A stretch of 64,000 nt of DNA from the human T2T-CHM13v2.0 reference genome, Homo sapiens (GCF_009914755.1 NC_060928.1), one strand, 5' to 3'; positions 26,312 to 40,875 are shown, numbered from the stretch's first letter. The notes: generated by a model from the letters alone, not told the origin. Numbers and translations are program-made.

Positions 26312-26862
26312 CTACTGGCCAAATGGTGGCTAACATGTGAGTAGGGAACCCCTAGGGTCATAAACACAAGGGAGTTTGAACTCTTTGGCTTTTCTGCCCA
26401 GACCTTGTCAAGAAAGACTGGAAACAGAGCAATGCCTTTAAAAGTATGAGAATAAATTATTTTCAACAGAAAGGCATACTTTAAGTGAAGCAAACTATAA
26501 TTAAAATTAACCAGGCAGAAAAGCTACTTTGGACATGACTAAATGCACCTCCCCAGAACCTTAAGAAGCAACTGGAGAAAGTGTTTCGTTAAAATGGAGG
26601 AATAGTCCAAGAATCTGAAAGACAAGTGTCCAGGTAACAGAAGATCCGACAAAGGAGAGAAGAAAAAGACATTCCTAGGACAGCCTAGAGACCAATCATT
26701 ATAGAGAAGAGCAGAAGGACAGTGCATTCCTAGGACACATGCCACATGCACAAAAGTAAAACTGATTTTCATATTTAAAGGAGATTAATGGCTTAAGAGT
26801 TTGGGAGCAAATTAGTGATAAGTACTTACAAAGTAAGCAAATAATGTTTTAAAGAAATTATT

Positions 26863-27192
<330 letters not shown>

Positions 27193-27523
27193 TCATAGAA
27201 CATTTAGTTATGAAATATATTATGGCTCAGTTAAAAACAATATGAGAATATAAACAAAGAAAACTGATTTAATCAAAAATTGTATTAGTCCTATGATTTT
27301 GAGATTAATGACCAGAAGTGTGTGTGTATGTCTGTGTAATAAATGCTGTGATATAAATGGGTGAAACACCCATTTTCCCATTAAAAATATAACATATGAA
27401 ATGTATATATCGAGAAATATCAATATAAGCAGGTATTTAGAAGAACAAAAGTAAATACCATGATAAATAAGTAACGTAATTGAAAATAATTTATTGGAAA
27501 ATATAATTTGTTGTGAAGAGAAG

Positions 27524-28043
27524 TGTCAGAGATAAACACTGCCAGACACTAAGTAAAGTGGCAAGAACAGATTTTAATCAGTAATATCCTATTGCAATAA
27601 GGAAAGGAATCCAGCATGAACGGAACTCAGCTTTGAATTGTATAGAGGTGACTGGTTGTATTAAAGGGAGATAAGGGAATCGGAAGTGAAAAATTACAAA
27701 ATGCAGGAAGGGGTGTTTGGTCCATGTGAAACTCATCTGGGTTTGTGAACTGGGACATACAGAATTCAGGCTCTATGCTCTCACAGGGGCTGGAAGACAG
27801 GGGCCTATGTTCAGGGGATGGCTGAAACAAACAGTGAATTCTTTTGGCAGCCTTGAGATTTGTTGTTGTTGTTTTCAGTCAGGCACTTTAAGAGGGGGCC
27901 ACTGTCATCCTAGGGATGTGGCTTTGAGCTTAGAAATAGTATCAGTGTGTGTTCAAGTCTTTCTAGACCAAAGTTGACAAGTCTATTCAAGAACCAGGCT
28001 CAGAGGAGTCTGGCTAGAGTGAAATCAGGGAGAATCTTTGTCA
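27524..28043 (-). mobile_element. ERV1-class solo LTR, MER31/MER67 group
   Basis: TG...CA ends. The reverse complement begins tgacaaagattctccctga...ctagccagactcctctgagcc. Confidence 0.7.
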
Positions 28044-28259
28044 AAGGTGAAGAAGCAGATGCTGTTTTGTTTTTATTAGCATTCTAATACTATCTAGATT
28101 TATAATTGTACACATGTAGTTTTAATACAAATTAAATTCAAGAAATCAGTAAGAAAAGTGAAGCTTTTCACCATAAGACATGGAAAGAACAAAAAAGAAA
28201 AAAAAAGCGAAGCTTTCGATGCACTCAAAAGTTTGAAAGTATGGTCAAATGTTAGGAGT

Positions 28260-28484
28260 AAGAGACCTTATCTTCTGTTCAACTCCCATTATTTCACATT
28301 TACCGCCCATCTCTCCTAGCCCCAATCTATGAGCAGTTGCAAGCTTAATTGAGCAGAATCTGAGATATTAAGAGATCTTATCTTGAATAGAAGTTCAACT
28401 CCCATTATTTCACATTTACTTTCCATCCTACTAGCCCCAATCTATGAGAAGTTGCAAGTTTAATTGAGCAGAATCTGAGATATT
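28260..28484. repeat. Tandem duplication, 2 x ~110 bp
   Basis: gttcaactcccattatttcacatttac...ctagccccaatctatgag...ttaattgagcagaatctgagatatt occurs twice, head to tail. Confidence 0.95.
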
Positions 28485-30194
28485 GATTGCACACTGTTTT
28501 ACTAGTGGTCATAGGCACCGAGAACTAAGAATCTGTTCCTCCAATTTTATTTTACTTTATACTCCAATGTTATAAACACTTGGGCAAGACCAGACAAGGG
28601 TTGTTCCCTAAGTGTCTGAGACAGGCTCTCAAAATTTTTCTATGTTGACAGTTCGGTTTATGGACAGCTCCAGAGTTTCTAAGGGGTCTGAATATGAAGC
28701 CACTCTTAAGTGCTTACAATTTAGGTTCTTTTTTCGTTTTTAAATGCCTTAAAGTTGGTGAGTATTAAATATTTTCACTGTTGTTCTTTGGAACTCCATT
28801 CTGCCATTGTTATTTGCATACATAGCTCTCTTAAGAAAAAATCCCAGAGACCTGGAGAAGTGAACACATCTTTTAGGCAGCAATACCCATCTTGAACCCA
28901 TATACATGGCCATTATCTGTAGTGGGATGTCAGCCTCAGGAACTGATCTGTTTTTATATTTTCTTCTGTGGCATAAAGCTGAGAAAATTCTTACTTATAC
29001 AGATAATGCTAAAAATGATACTAATCTCTCTCTCGCTGACTCTCTCTGGGTCTCTATTTCTTTCTGTCTCAGTTTCCCTTCTTCCCAGTTCTCTTCACAC
29101 TTTCAAAAGACACTTCAACCCAATACATTTGGAAGTTTGAAGAATAATGGTTAAGTTTTTATTTTTGAAATATACTAGAATCCTTAGCTCCCAAATAATG
29201 GCTGCTATTTATTTTTTCACCAATTGAGTGTTAGGTGAGAAGAATACTTAGCTTTTAATATTAAAACTACTATATGATTTAATCATCAGGTAATGTGTTA
29301 TTTTGCAACTGTGTATTTTGCTTTGATGACATCAAGAACAATAGAGTAGATTCATGTGCCTAAAATTTATGTAAGTATGTTACATGTACATTGACAACAG
29401 TATGCTTTCTTGTACAATTTTCACTGAGCAGATTTGCAGGTCTGATTTTTTAAAAGGAAAATTTTCACATCTCTACTTCCAAAATCAAGGACACACTTGT
29501 AAAAAACGTATGCACTAGGTTGCCTTTACGCTGCAGTCTATCCTATAGGCTTATATGTATGTGTGTGTTATTCTCCAATTCGTTAATTAACTTATGTAAG
29601 TATTAGTTGATGTAGTTCAATTTCATCTGAAATGCAAAAAAACATGTGAAATGCTTGATGCACTTCTGTCACATTCTGTTTTATGAGGACCCAGTTTAAA
29701 ATCACTAAGCTAGTCCTACTGCCAGATTGAACTTTGATATTAAAAAACTACATAAGAGAGAATACATTTAAGGAGAGCTGTGATCTATATTTTACTTCAC
29801 CTTTCATTTTAAAATATGTAGCTTTTCCTTAATTTTTTCAAGATTCTTACCAGATTTTACCTTTATTTCAGGCTGCCCAAAACATAAAAATTTCATAATT
29901 ATATTATTCCCTCTCCCAGGAAAGCAAATTATCCAAAATGAACATAATACTACTTTTTCATGGCACATGTCAAAATTAAAGCAATACATGTAAAATCAGA
30001 CACTCTATGAAATGATAATCTTTTGTTGAAATTCCCATTTGGAAGAAGCAGGGAGATAGAGAGAGGCATAAGTATTATTTTCTAAAAGATGTGTTTGGTT
30101 GAAAGGCTCAATTGGGAGTGAGCTCGCAGGTTTCATTGCCTTCTTCTTTCCTATAATGTATGCTTACATGTCACTTTTCAAATGACTGTAACCT

Positions 30195-30335
30195 ATGTAC
30201 ATACACATACACATAGATGTATATATATGTGTGTGTATATATATATGCATGCACATATGTGCATGTATATATATGTATGTGCATGTGTGTATATATATAT
30301 ATGTGTGTGTGTGTATGTGTATATATGTATGTATA
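30195..30335. repeat. (TA/TG/CA)n microsatellite
   Basis: Alternating purine-pyrimidine run. Confidence 0.9.
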
Positions 30336-30445
30336 AGTTGCCAGGCAGGGAGCAATTAGCATTAACAGTTCTTTAGTAAATTTGCCTGCCCACTCTACAA
30401 GTTAACTAATTAGGCTATTTTTTAGAATGCATAAATGAATGTAAT

Positions 30446-30610
30446 TGAGTGTTCAGGATTAAGAAGACATAATTATTTTCAACGAAGAAGCAACAGAACA
30501 CACCATAAAGGTGGGTGGGTGATCTCATGAGTTTTCAGGCTTCAGAAGACATAATTATTTTCAATCAAGAAGCAACAGAACACTCCATAAAGATGGATGG
30601 GAGATCTCAT
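30446..30610. repeat. Tandem duplication, 2 x 82 bp
   Basis: agaagacataattattttcaa..aagaagcaacagaacac.ccataaag.tgg.tggg.gatctcat occurs twice with period 82. Confidence 0.95.
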
Positions 30611-31874
30611 AGTTAACATAGTTTAAAGGTTAAGAGGACCAGGTGTCTCAAAGTGAAACTGGGAAGAAATTGAAAAACAGGTAAGATGAAGTCAAAAAGA
30701 GAAAAACAGTTTGTGCAGAAAAAATGGAAGTTACAATAAAATCTTTATAAGGCCAAAATTATAGAGCTTAATATAGATGAGAAGGCAAATATCAGTTTCA
30801 AATACTTTAAAATGGTAATGATATGCATATGTACATTTCAGTTATGTCAGACTTAGAGAGTTCTAGAAATATTTCCCACAAATTTCAGAATATGTGTTAA
30901 CATATCTAAATTCTAGCAAGTATGGAATGGACAGATTTGTGGACCTGGATATGTTAATAATTTTAAAAAGTAAAAACAAAACAAAAATCTCTTAACACAG
31001 GCAAGTGTAGAAATCACCATAAATTTGACAGATTTTTTTTTTTTTTTGTAAGTCAAGAGTCCAGCTAGACCCTCTGAAAAAATTTTAGGTAGCAGGCATT
31101 AAACTGATAATTTCTTAAGTATGTATATTAATGTTGTTTGCAGAACTACTTCAAAACATAGCAATGTATTAGGCTGATTTATTTTATATATTATAAAATA
31201 ATTTATTAAAATTATGCAAAATATGTGGCATCCAGGCATCAACAAGAGAAGCAAAATCAGGGGGAGATTATATTTTTGTAAAGAGTTATATATTGTTTTA
31301 TTCCAAGGTTTTTTACTCATACAATTATTGGGAGCAAATCTGAATTTTAAAAGTCACATGGTCAGGAAGGAAGGATCAGAGGCAGGATGGAATTCCATGG
31401 CCACAGGATGAAGGGGTGGCTCATGGATGAAATTTGTTTTCTCTACCTCAGGGACGTACAGTTCAATAGGATCAGGAGTGTTTCTGAACTGAGAAATATG
31501 AGCAAAATTTCTGTATGACACCTCTAGGTTTAGCACACAAAAACCTCCCTCACAATTTTTTCTGGAAACAAGTAAGAATCTTAAAGTATTTTAGAAAGGA
31601 AGCAGTAAAATTTTCCTTTTTCAAAAACAGCAGAACTTTTATATAGAAAATCGCAAGGAATCTAGAAACATCTCTTTGAACTAATGTGTTATTTTAGCAA
31701 GGGTGTTGAATTACAATCAATTTTAAAAAGCAAATGGGGTAAAAGGCCTAGATCCTGTTAAAAAGCCAATATGCAAACACCAAAAATAAAAAGCTCAATG
31801 CATTAGTTCACAGGATAATGCATACTAAAGCCGTAATGACCACTTTAATGACAAACATGACCAAATGTTGGTAA

Positions 31875-32355
31875 GGGACACTCAAATCCCACTCCTCTAA
31901 TTGTTTGAAAATGTATAATAAATTGCTGTTAATTATAGTTGCCCCTTAGTGCTGTAGAACATTAGAACTTATTAGAACTCATTCCTCCTATTTAGCTGTA
32001 CTTTTATATCCATTAACCAATATTTGACCATCCCTCCCTACCACCCCCATATTTCTCCACCTCTAGTAACCATTATTCTATTCTCTACTTCCTTGAGATC
32101 AACTTTTTTTAAGCTTCCTTATATGAGTGAGAACAGGCAGTATTTATTTTTCTGTTCCTGGCTTGTATCACTTCACATAGTGTTCTCCAAGCTCATCCAT
32201 TTTTGCCACAAATAACAGAATTTTATTCTTTTTTATGACTAAATCGTATTCCACTGTGTATATATACATTTTCTTTATCAATTTCATCTATTCATCTGTT
32301 AATGGACACTTACGTTGATTCCATATCTTGACTATATTGAATAGTGTTGCAATAT
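31875..32355 (-). mobile_element. L1MA-type 3' fragment
   Basis: ctctagtaaccattattctattctctacttcc...tatgagtgagaac...atggacacttacgttgattccatatcttgactat. Confidence 0.85.
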
Positions 32356-32359
32356 ATAT

Positions 32360-33680
32360 CTCTGAGTGTCTGTACATGATGCACACCTCCAGTATTCGAA
32401 ATGATGCAAATGTGAAATACATAGCATAGGGAATTGGTACGATATGTGAAGGCCCAGAACTTGTGCATGATTTAATCATTTGTCAGGGAATATTTCTTGC
32501 ATCTTTCATCTACGTTTTCACTTCTATGATTTTCAAAACACTCATTGCACTTTTATTTGGAGAGTGTTTGTTTTCTACAAATTTCGCAAGTACATGCTGT
32601 CCGTGTGAAAGTCTGGTTATTGCTGGACCATTGCAATTAAATGATTTTCTGCTTTCAGGGCATCAATAACAATTGGGTTTTAAATTATTATCTTTCACCA
32701 TTAAGTAGCCTCATACACTTAACTTATCACAGCCTTTTTATGAAGAAACAATTTCACCAATCTCTTCCATTGTGTTGCAAATAATAGAATAAGAAGAAAT
32801 ATTTGGCTTCCCTAATACCAAATCTGTATTAGTCAAGATTCTCCAGAGAGACAGAAACAAAAAAGATATATGTATAGATACAGGTGGAGGAATTTATTAG
32901 GAGAATTGGCCCATGTGATGATGATGCCTAAGTCCCGTGATAGGCCATCTGCAAGCTGGGGTCCCTGGGATGCTGATAGCCAAGTCTGAAGCCCTCAGAT
33001 ACAGGAATGTCGATAGTATAACTCTCACCCCAAGGGAGAAAGCCTTGGGATCTGGAGGGTTGTTTGTGCAAGTTCTGGAGTCCAAAGGCTGGCAAGTCTG
33101 GAGTTCTGATGTCCAAAGTAGCAGAAGTAGAGTGTGTCCCAGCCCTCAGAGAGAGAATAATTTGCCTTCTGTATTCATTCTCCTCGGACCCCCATCTGAT
33201 TAGAAGATGCCCATCAACGCTGAGGGCAGATCTTCCCCACCTCGTCCACTCAGACTCACACACTCTGAGGTGTCTACCCTCGAAACACCTTCACAGACAC
33301 GCATGTAATAATGCTTTACCATGTTTCTGGGTATTCCTTAATCCAGTCAAGTTGACACTTAAAATTAATTCCACAAGTCCACCCCTTGTCAACTTGGCAC
33401 CCATACACATATTTTAAAACCATACTTAATTTCCACATAAAGACAATAACAAGGTAATATTTCTGCCTAACACCATGTACCTAAACTAATGCAACTACCC
33501 TGTATACAAATGAAAACCCATTAGTCCCTTCCCCCACATTTTGGCATTCAGGATTTCAACCTTCATCTGTCAAGACTGTGATTTTCAGGAGTTTAAACAT
33601 TAAGAACTTCGGACTTTAGGGATTTTCATGTTTCTGGATTTCAACATTAAGGGATTATGGTGTTCAGAATTGTCCTTCTC
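32360..33680 (-). mobile_element. Ricksha-type (MULE/MuDR) non-autonomous DNA transposon fragment carrying ERVL cargo
   Basis: A decayed FLYWCH-like frame starts at ATG 32770(-), followed by the MLT2 LTR and ERVL 3' internal piece, then repeated ggattt/gggatt subterminal motifs (ggatttcaacattaagggattatggtgttcagaattgt) at 33545-33675. Confidence 0.8.
32825..33535 (-). mobile_element. MLT2 (ERVL) LTR 32825-33375 plus ERVL internal 3' end 33376-~33535
   Basis: tgtattagtcaagattctccagagagacaga...aatccagtcaagttgacacttaaaattaattccaca, then agtccaccccttgtcaacttggcacccatacacat (the antisense polypurine tract adjoining the LTR). Confidence 0.88.
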
Positions 33681-33689
33681 ACGAGGCAA

Positions 33690-34240
<551 letters not shown>

Positions 34241-35034
34241 CACATATTTCTTACATCTTTACCAACATGTCATACTAGAAGATGGTAATGTAAACATCAT
34301 TAGCTAATTGTGAAACATTAGAGAAAAATTTAATTTGAGATGTACCTCTGGTCTTGCTAAGTGGAGAATTATTCCAAAAGGAGGTAATACTCTGGACTTT
34401 AAACAATGTAGTTTATTTATATGTCTAATGAGCACATAAATGCATTATTCAGATGTCTCAGAATTTAAACTGAAATTGAACTTTTTTTTCCAGGCTCTAT
34501 CAGGCAATGGTTTATATGTAACTAAAATTTGTCTCTTCAATAGTTAATATTTCAAACAGAAAACTTTATTTCCTAACTTGATCGTAAGAATATATAAGTG
34601 CTCAAAAATTTGAACAAATTCTTGAGAATATTCAGTCCAATATAATATATTATCTGGTTTGGCCATATAAACTTTCTAGAGGTTGAACCAGAAAAACTCG
34701 GAAAATGTCTTCTCCCATGAATGCCACCCTTTGGTTTGCTGATTCTGTGTTCATTATTCTCATGTACTAATAGCTAACGATGGCCTCCTCAACTGAACCA
34801 AGAATTAGCTGTAGCCAATTTAATGATTGCATAAAAATTAAGAAAATTAATTAGGTGGTGCTGATAGACACAAGGCAGGGACAGCAACCTCCTTTCAATT
34901 TCATATACACTTGCAAATGGCAAGATTTACTAGCCAGTGACATATTTTTCTTTAAATAATTATAGGGTTAAGATTTGGGAGGATTTGGATTTCATCTGAT
35001 TTGTAGTTGATAAACCTGGAGCAGATTGTTGGAA

Positions 35035-35218
35035 CTGTAGTCATTAAGAGCACATGTTCTGAAGAGAATTGCTGAGTTTCACTCGCAGGTGAAATTTCTG
35101 CTTTTCACCTTTACTATCTTGGGAAATGTATTTACCTTATGATAACCCATTTTTTAATCATTGAGTTGTGTAAGGATTAAAGAAAATGTTAACTACTAAT
35201 TATTTAAAATAATACCTT
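35035..35218 (+). mobile_element. MIR fragment
   Basis: gtagtcattaagagcacatgttctg...tcttgggaaatgtatttacct...gttgtgtaaggattaaa. Confidence 0.55.
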
Positions 35219-35222
35219 ATTT

Positions 35223-35474
35223 CTGCAGGGTGGGCCAGCAGTCTGGAAATTCAGGGAAGACCCAATCTTGCAGGATTTTAAGGTCAGTCTTTGTTCCATC
35301 CAGGCCTTCAACTGATTAGATGAGGCCCACTCACTTTAGGGAGGGCCATCTGCTTTACTCAAAGTCCACTGATTTAAACATTAATCTCATCCAAAAACAT
35401 CCTTAAAGAAACCCAGAATAATGCTTGACTTCACATCTCTGCTCAGCCAAATTGACACAAAATTAATCATCACA
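35223..35474 (-). mobile_element. MLT2C/D-like LTR fragment
   Basis: aggccttcaactgattagatgaggcccac...tctgctttactcaaagtccactgatttaaa...ttgacacaaaattaatcatcaca. Confidence 0.8.
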
Positions 35475-35770
35475 ACCACTTATATTCATGTTGTTGAAAC
35501 TGCAAGGAAGGCAGAGCCTGATGCACACATTATAATAGCTGTGATTTTATTGAGTGTGTTCCCCATGTCATTTAAGCTTCATGAAACAGATTTTTCTCTT
35601 TTTTATCTTTTCTATATTTCCAGTGCCTATCACATATGACATGTTCAATAAAATAAAAATATTTTTACTAAAATAAATAAATAACTGGAAATAAAAAAGC
35701 ACCTGACTATAGTGAATTCTTATAATTTTATGTTGCTTTCATATCCATTTCAAATACAACTTTAACTATC

Positions 35771-36501
35771 TCATACCAGAAGCAAGGCTCAGTCACCCTT
35801 GACACACTTTCCAGTTCTATACCACACCCAATAGCTCAAGCCAGTGGCCAGGGCTAAGAAATTAGAGGCATCTCTCCCACCTAGCAGACTGGGTTCTCTG
35901 TATTCCCATCACTCACTTTAAATGGAACATTCAGCCAGCCCTCAAATGTAAAGTGACCCACGCTCTGACCCTTATCTATACTGCTGATTGCCATGGGACT
36001 CTTTCTGTCTCTGCCTGACTCTTCATTCTTGCCTTGTGTGACCTGTGGCAGAGGAGTGTCCTTCTGACTAAATATGCCCCCCTTGCCCAGGATCTGTAAG
36101 TAAAAACCTTTGAACTTGCTTCCTATTGTGATGGTATATTGAATTTACAGCTTTTTTCTGAAGAACCAGGGGCTAGCCTAGGTGGAGTGTTTCCTGGATG
36201 TGAGGTGGATGGGCAGACAAGGTCAGGGTCCTCATGCCAGAGCTTGGTCAGGTAGGCATAAACTGGGTCAGACAAAAGCCACAAGGTGTCTGCCAGTATA
36301 AACAAGTTTTAGGTGTGAGGGTCACCTGGCCATAGTCATGTATCAGGAAACTAACCATAAGGCCATCTGCGAAGTAAAAGGAGTATCCCAGGAAAGCATA
36401 CTATAAACACTCAAGTCCAACACCCCTTCATTTGCCCTTAGAGCAGGGTTGCTGGCTTCTTTGGAACTAGAACTGCAATTTGGCTGGGAGCTTTTGAAAC
36501 A
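35771..36501 (+). mobile_element. MER54-like ERVL-class solo LTR
   Basis: Begins tcataccagaagcaaggctcagtcacccttgacac and ends ...ttttgaaaca, with a near-perfect 5-bp TSD ctatc/ctaac. Confidence 0.72.
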
Positions 36502-36880
36502 CTAACATATAGTACCGTTTAATATTTCAACATTGAATGACACAAAATTTTAAAAGAGAGATAAAATAACATATCTAAAAATGTGCACAGTTATAAAGAA
36601 AATTACTAGCTATATTTATATTTAGCAGTGATAGAAGAGATATTTTAGTAATTATAAAATTTGCCAAAAAATATCTACACTGAAGTAGGGCTTAGCAAAT
36701 GCTTAATAATAATTTCAGTACTATTTGAAAACATTCCCAAGATCTTCTTAAAATAATTAAGTAAAAATAAGCTCAAGGCGAATTAAAATAGATAAAATTA
36801 ATGACTCATATGAAGAAAGTAAAGTTTTAAATTTACCAAACTTGTTGTTTATACATCCTTTTAAATGTCATAATGAAAAC

Positions 36881-37256
36881 TGTTTCAGTCCATTTAGGCT
36901 GCTATAATAAAATACCATAAACTGCATGGTTTATAAACAACAGAAATTTATTTCTTACAGTTCTATAGGCTGGCATGTCTAAGGTCAAGGAGCAGGCAGA
37001 TTTGGTGTATGGTAAGGGCCTGCTTCCTGGTTCATAGAAGGGTACCTTCTTGCTGTGTCCTCATACAGTGGAAGCAGCAAGGCAGCTCTCTGAGGCCTTT
37101 TTTCTTTTTAAATAACGGCACTAATTCCATTCATGTGGGCTTAGCTTTCCTAATCAAATCACCGCCCAAAGGCTCCAGCTCCTAATACCATCACATTGGT
37201 GATTAGATTTCAACATCTGAATTTTGGGAGGACATAAAAACATTCAGACCATAGCA
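36881..37256 (-). mobile_element. MLT1A-like MaLR solo LTR
   Basis: tgtttcagtccatttaggctgctataataaaataccataaactg...aaacattcagaccatagca. Confidence 0.88.
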
Positions 37257-37329
37257 ATAATTATCTTTTGAATTTTATTTAGACATATTTTGAGTTGGGA
37301 TTCTATTTGTCCTACTTAGTCCAGAGGAG

Positions 37330-37545
37330 CTTGTTAATTGCATGTGAAAGACTAAAGAGAGTGAGAATTCTAGGGTGATTTCCATGTTTCTTGTTGGGCA
37401 GCTAGTTGAATGTAATGACACTGACAATACAGGGAATGCAGATGTTGCAAGAAAGAAAATGCATTCAGGTTTTCACTTGTTGAAGGTAAAATACTTTTAA
37501 AGATAGCCAAATTGAAAAAGTCCATCTGGCTGTTAAATAAATGTT
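37330..37545 (-). mobile_element. L2 fragment
   Basis: gggtgatttccatgtttcttgttgggcagctagttgaatg...cattcaggttttcacttgttgaagg. Confidence 0.5.
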
Positions 37546-37745
37546 CAAAAATTGTTGTATAGCATTTAATTAAATAAATATCAAAGCTATTCCAAAATAA
37601 TGGAATAGAAGTTCTAGAAATGAAAGGATTTACAGCAAAAAAAAGTGTTGGAATGCACTGGATGCAATAAATCCCCCTTAGGTCCAGAAGTCATGCCAGC
37701 ATACTAAAGGCACTGAGAAAACCGGGATTAAAATAATCATATGTG

Positions 37746-38040
<295 letters not shown>

Positions 38041-38903
38041 ACCTATTTGTGGGGTTACACAAGTTATATTGTTATGTTTAACTTATGAAATAAGAACTTG
38101 ACCAAACCAAAGTGGATTTAACTTTATGGGACAGTTTCATTTTGTAATTTTAATATAAGCCATGAGAGCAATAAAAAAAAAAATGTTTTACTACTGCCTG
38201 CCTATTCCCTTCTCAAGACAATACTACCAAACAGGCATATTTCATAATCATCATTTCAGTCCTTGGCTTATGAGAGCTCTTCTTCATGTATTCAAGACTA
38301 TGGAGACCTCCCATCCTCACTGCAATTCTTTGAAGGTTAATCAAAATGTGCAAAATGTGTATTTTTCACAACCTAAATTCAGCTTCATATAGGGAGGTGT
38401 GTGGCCTTTTTAATAACCTCTCTTTGGACAAAATTACTATCAAAGTTCATTCCTCACTGGAAGCCTGTTAAATGAGCAGGTGCAGTATTGTTCTTTAGCA
38501 GCAAGATTGAAGATCCAGCAGCACAACAGTACAAAATTTATGGTCTAAGATTTCTCACAGAAATTATGCAAACATTGCCTGCTCCCTTTATATCTGCAAA
38601 GTGAAATCTAGTTTCTTAGAGTGGTGCACACAGAATTTTATGGCATTTAGTTTGGAAAAAAAAAATGAACAGTCACAATTCATTACTTTCTAACTTTTCC
38701 TGAGACAGAATACAAACTTCATGAAATATATTGTGTCAAACTCCTTCAGTCCTATGAAGGGAAGTTTGGACAAGTGTTTTCTGGTATAAATCCACCCTAT
38801 TTTCATCATAAAATATATTTAGTCAACAACTTTAATGGACATTACCTTTCTTTGTTTTATAGTTATGATTCGGGAATGTCAAATAATAGAAAGTCTGAGT
38901 GAG

Positions 38904-39269
38904 GGCTATGATTTGAATGTGTTCCCTCCAAGACTCAGATGTTGAAACCTAATCACCAAGGTGATGTTATTGGAAGTTGGAGTCTCTGGGAGGTAATTGG
39001 CTCATGAGGGCTCTGCCTTCATGAATTGTATTAGGACTCCCATAAAAGGACTTGGTGGGGAGAGTCTGTCCCCTTTTACTCTTTCCACTTCTGCCATGTA
39101 AGGACATAGAGTTCACCCCCTTCAGAGGATATAGCATCAGAATTTCATCTTGAAAGCAGAAAGCAACCTGCATCTTGGACCTCCCAGCTTCCAGAACCGT
39201 GAGATAATAAATTCCTGTTCTATCCCAGTCTGTGATATTTTGTTACAGCAGCACAAATAGACTACACCA
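38904..39269 (+). mobile_element. MSTC/MSTD-like MaLR solo LTR
   Basis: gctatgatttgaatgtgttccctccaa...catcttggacctcccagcttccagaaccgtgag...gttacagcagcacaaatagacta. Confidence 0.85.
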
Positions 39270-39679
39270 TTCAGCTAGAGTTTAACCTTTTAAATATCAG
39301 TGCTATAGGATTCATTTATATGCTTCATTGAAATATTAAAAACTGATAAGGCATAAATTGTATTAAAATGGACTACACTATAAATAATTTTTAACTGTCT
39401 AGGAAAAATGAGAACCAAGCATATTTATTTTCTGTTCATGTTGTTTGACCTTCAGAGAGTCTATTGAGCTTATGAATTCTCCAGCAATAATTTAACTATA
39501 AACTCCTTTTCCTAAGTTTAGAAAATGTTTTGCATGAGATTTGAAAATATAACACCTTAAACCGCCTATCTACTATCATTAGGATTGAAAATATTCCACA
39601 GATATAAAGACAGGGAAAGTAAGGAAAGTGTGAAGCTGATTTTAGGGCTGGGTTGATGTGAACATAACACCAAGAGTAG

Positions 39680-40066
<387 letters not shown>

Positions 40067-40875
40067 TGAATAAGCTTTTAATGCTCAACTGAATTCATAA
40101 AATGGAAAAGCAATGCTCAGGCCATACATATGGAGCAGTAGCAGATTTCACCATTGATTTCATGTGGTCCAAAAGATTTATTGAAATCATGACAGATATC
40201 TGGGCATGAAAAATAGGGAGTGATACACCAAAGCATAGCTTCAGATAACTTGCAACAAAAGGTATGAAGTTATATTAGAATATTCCACACTGATATTTAA
40301 TAAAGGGAAATGTAGAGCTTAATCTTTGTTTTTCTCAATTCCACAGTTTAGGAGCTCAATACTATGGAAATATATTAAAAACAATGGGAGATACAGGTTT
40401 CTCTCAAAAGTAAGATATTAAAAAAATGCAAACATAGTTTTTAAATATTTCGTCAAAATCAAAAGAAAAATAAAACCATCTTCATTGGACAAAAGCAATC
40501 ATAATAAAGAATTTGGTTTTTATAAGCTATTTCAGTCTTTATGTAATGCATTTTAAAGTAGAAACCAAAACCCCCATATTTTATTATATTGAAAAATATA
40601 ATAAAATATGTGAATTAAGATGCATTTGTTTGGATGTCCATTAAAACATTTTATAATAGCACATTTGCAAACATTTTTTAACATTTGTTGTCTGAAGTAC
40701 AACAGAAGGATACTGAAATATAGAATAAAATGGTCAAACAATGTAATATTCAGTCAAAAAAAGCTTCAAATGAGTTTCAACGATCAGAAAAGTTCTCTTT
40801 TCATAAAGTTCCAAAGCCACATAAAGACCCGTGTACATGGTGCCATTCATACAAATTAGCGCATCTGTAATACAT

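Noticed and set aside
25736-26493. His/Thr/Tyr/Ile/Cys/Val-rich ORFs
   Set aside because: They are translations of (AC/GT/AT)n microsatellite.
28260-30610. Direct repeats as a CRISPR-like array
   Set aside because: There are only two adjacent copies of each, no spacers, and the context is eukaryotic.
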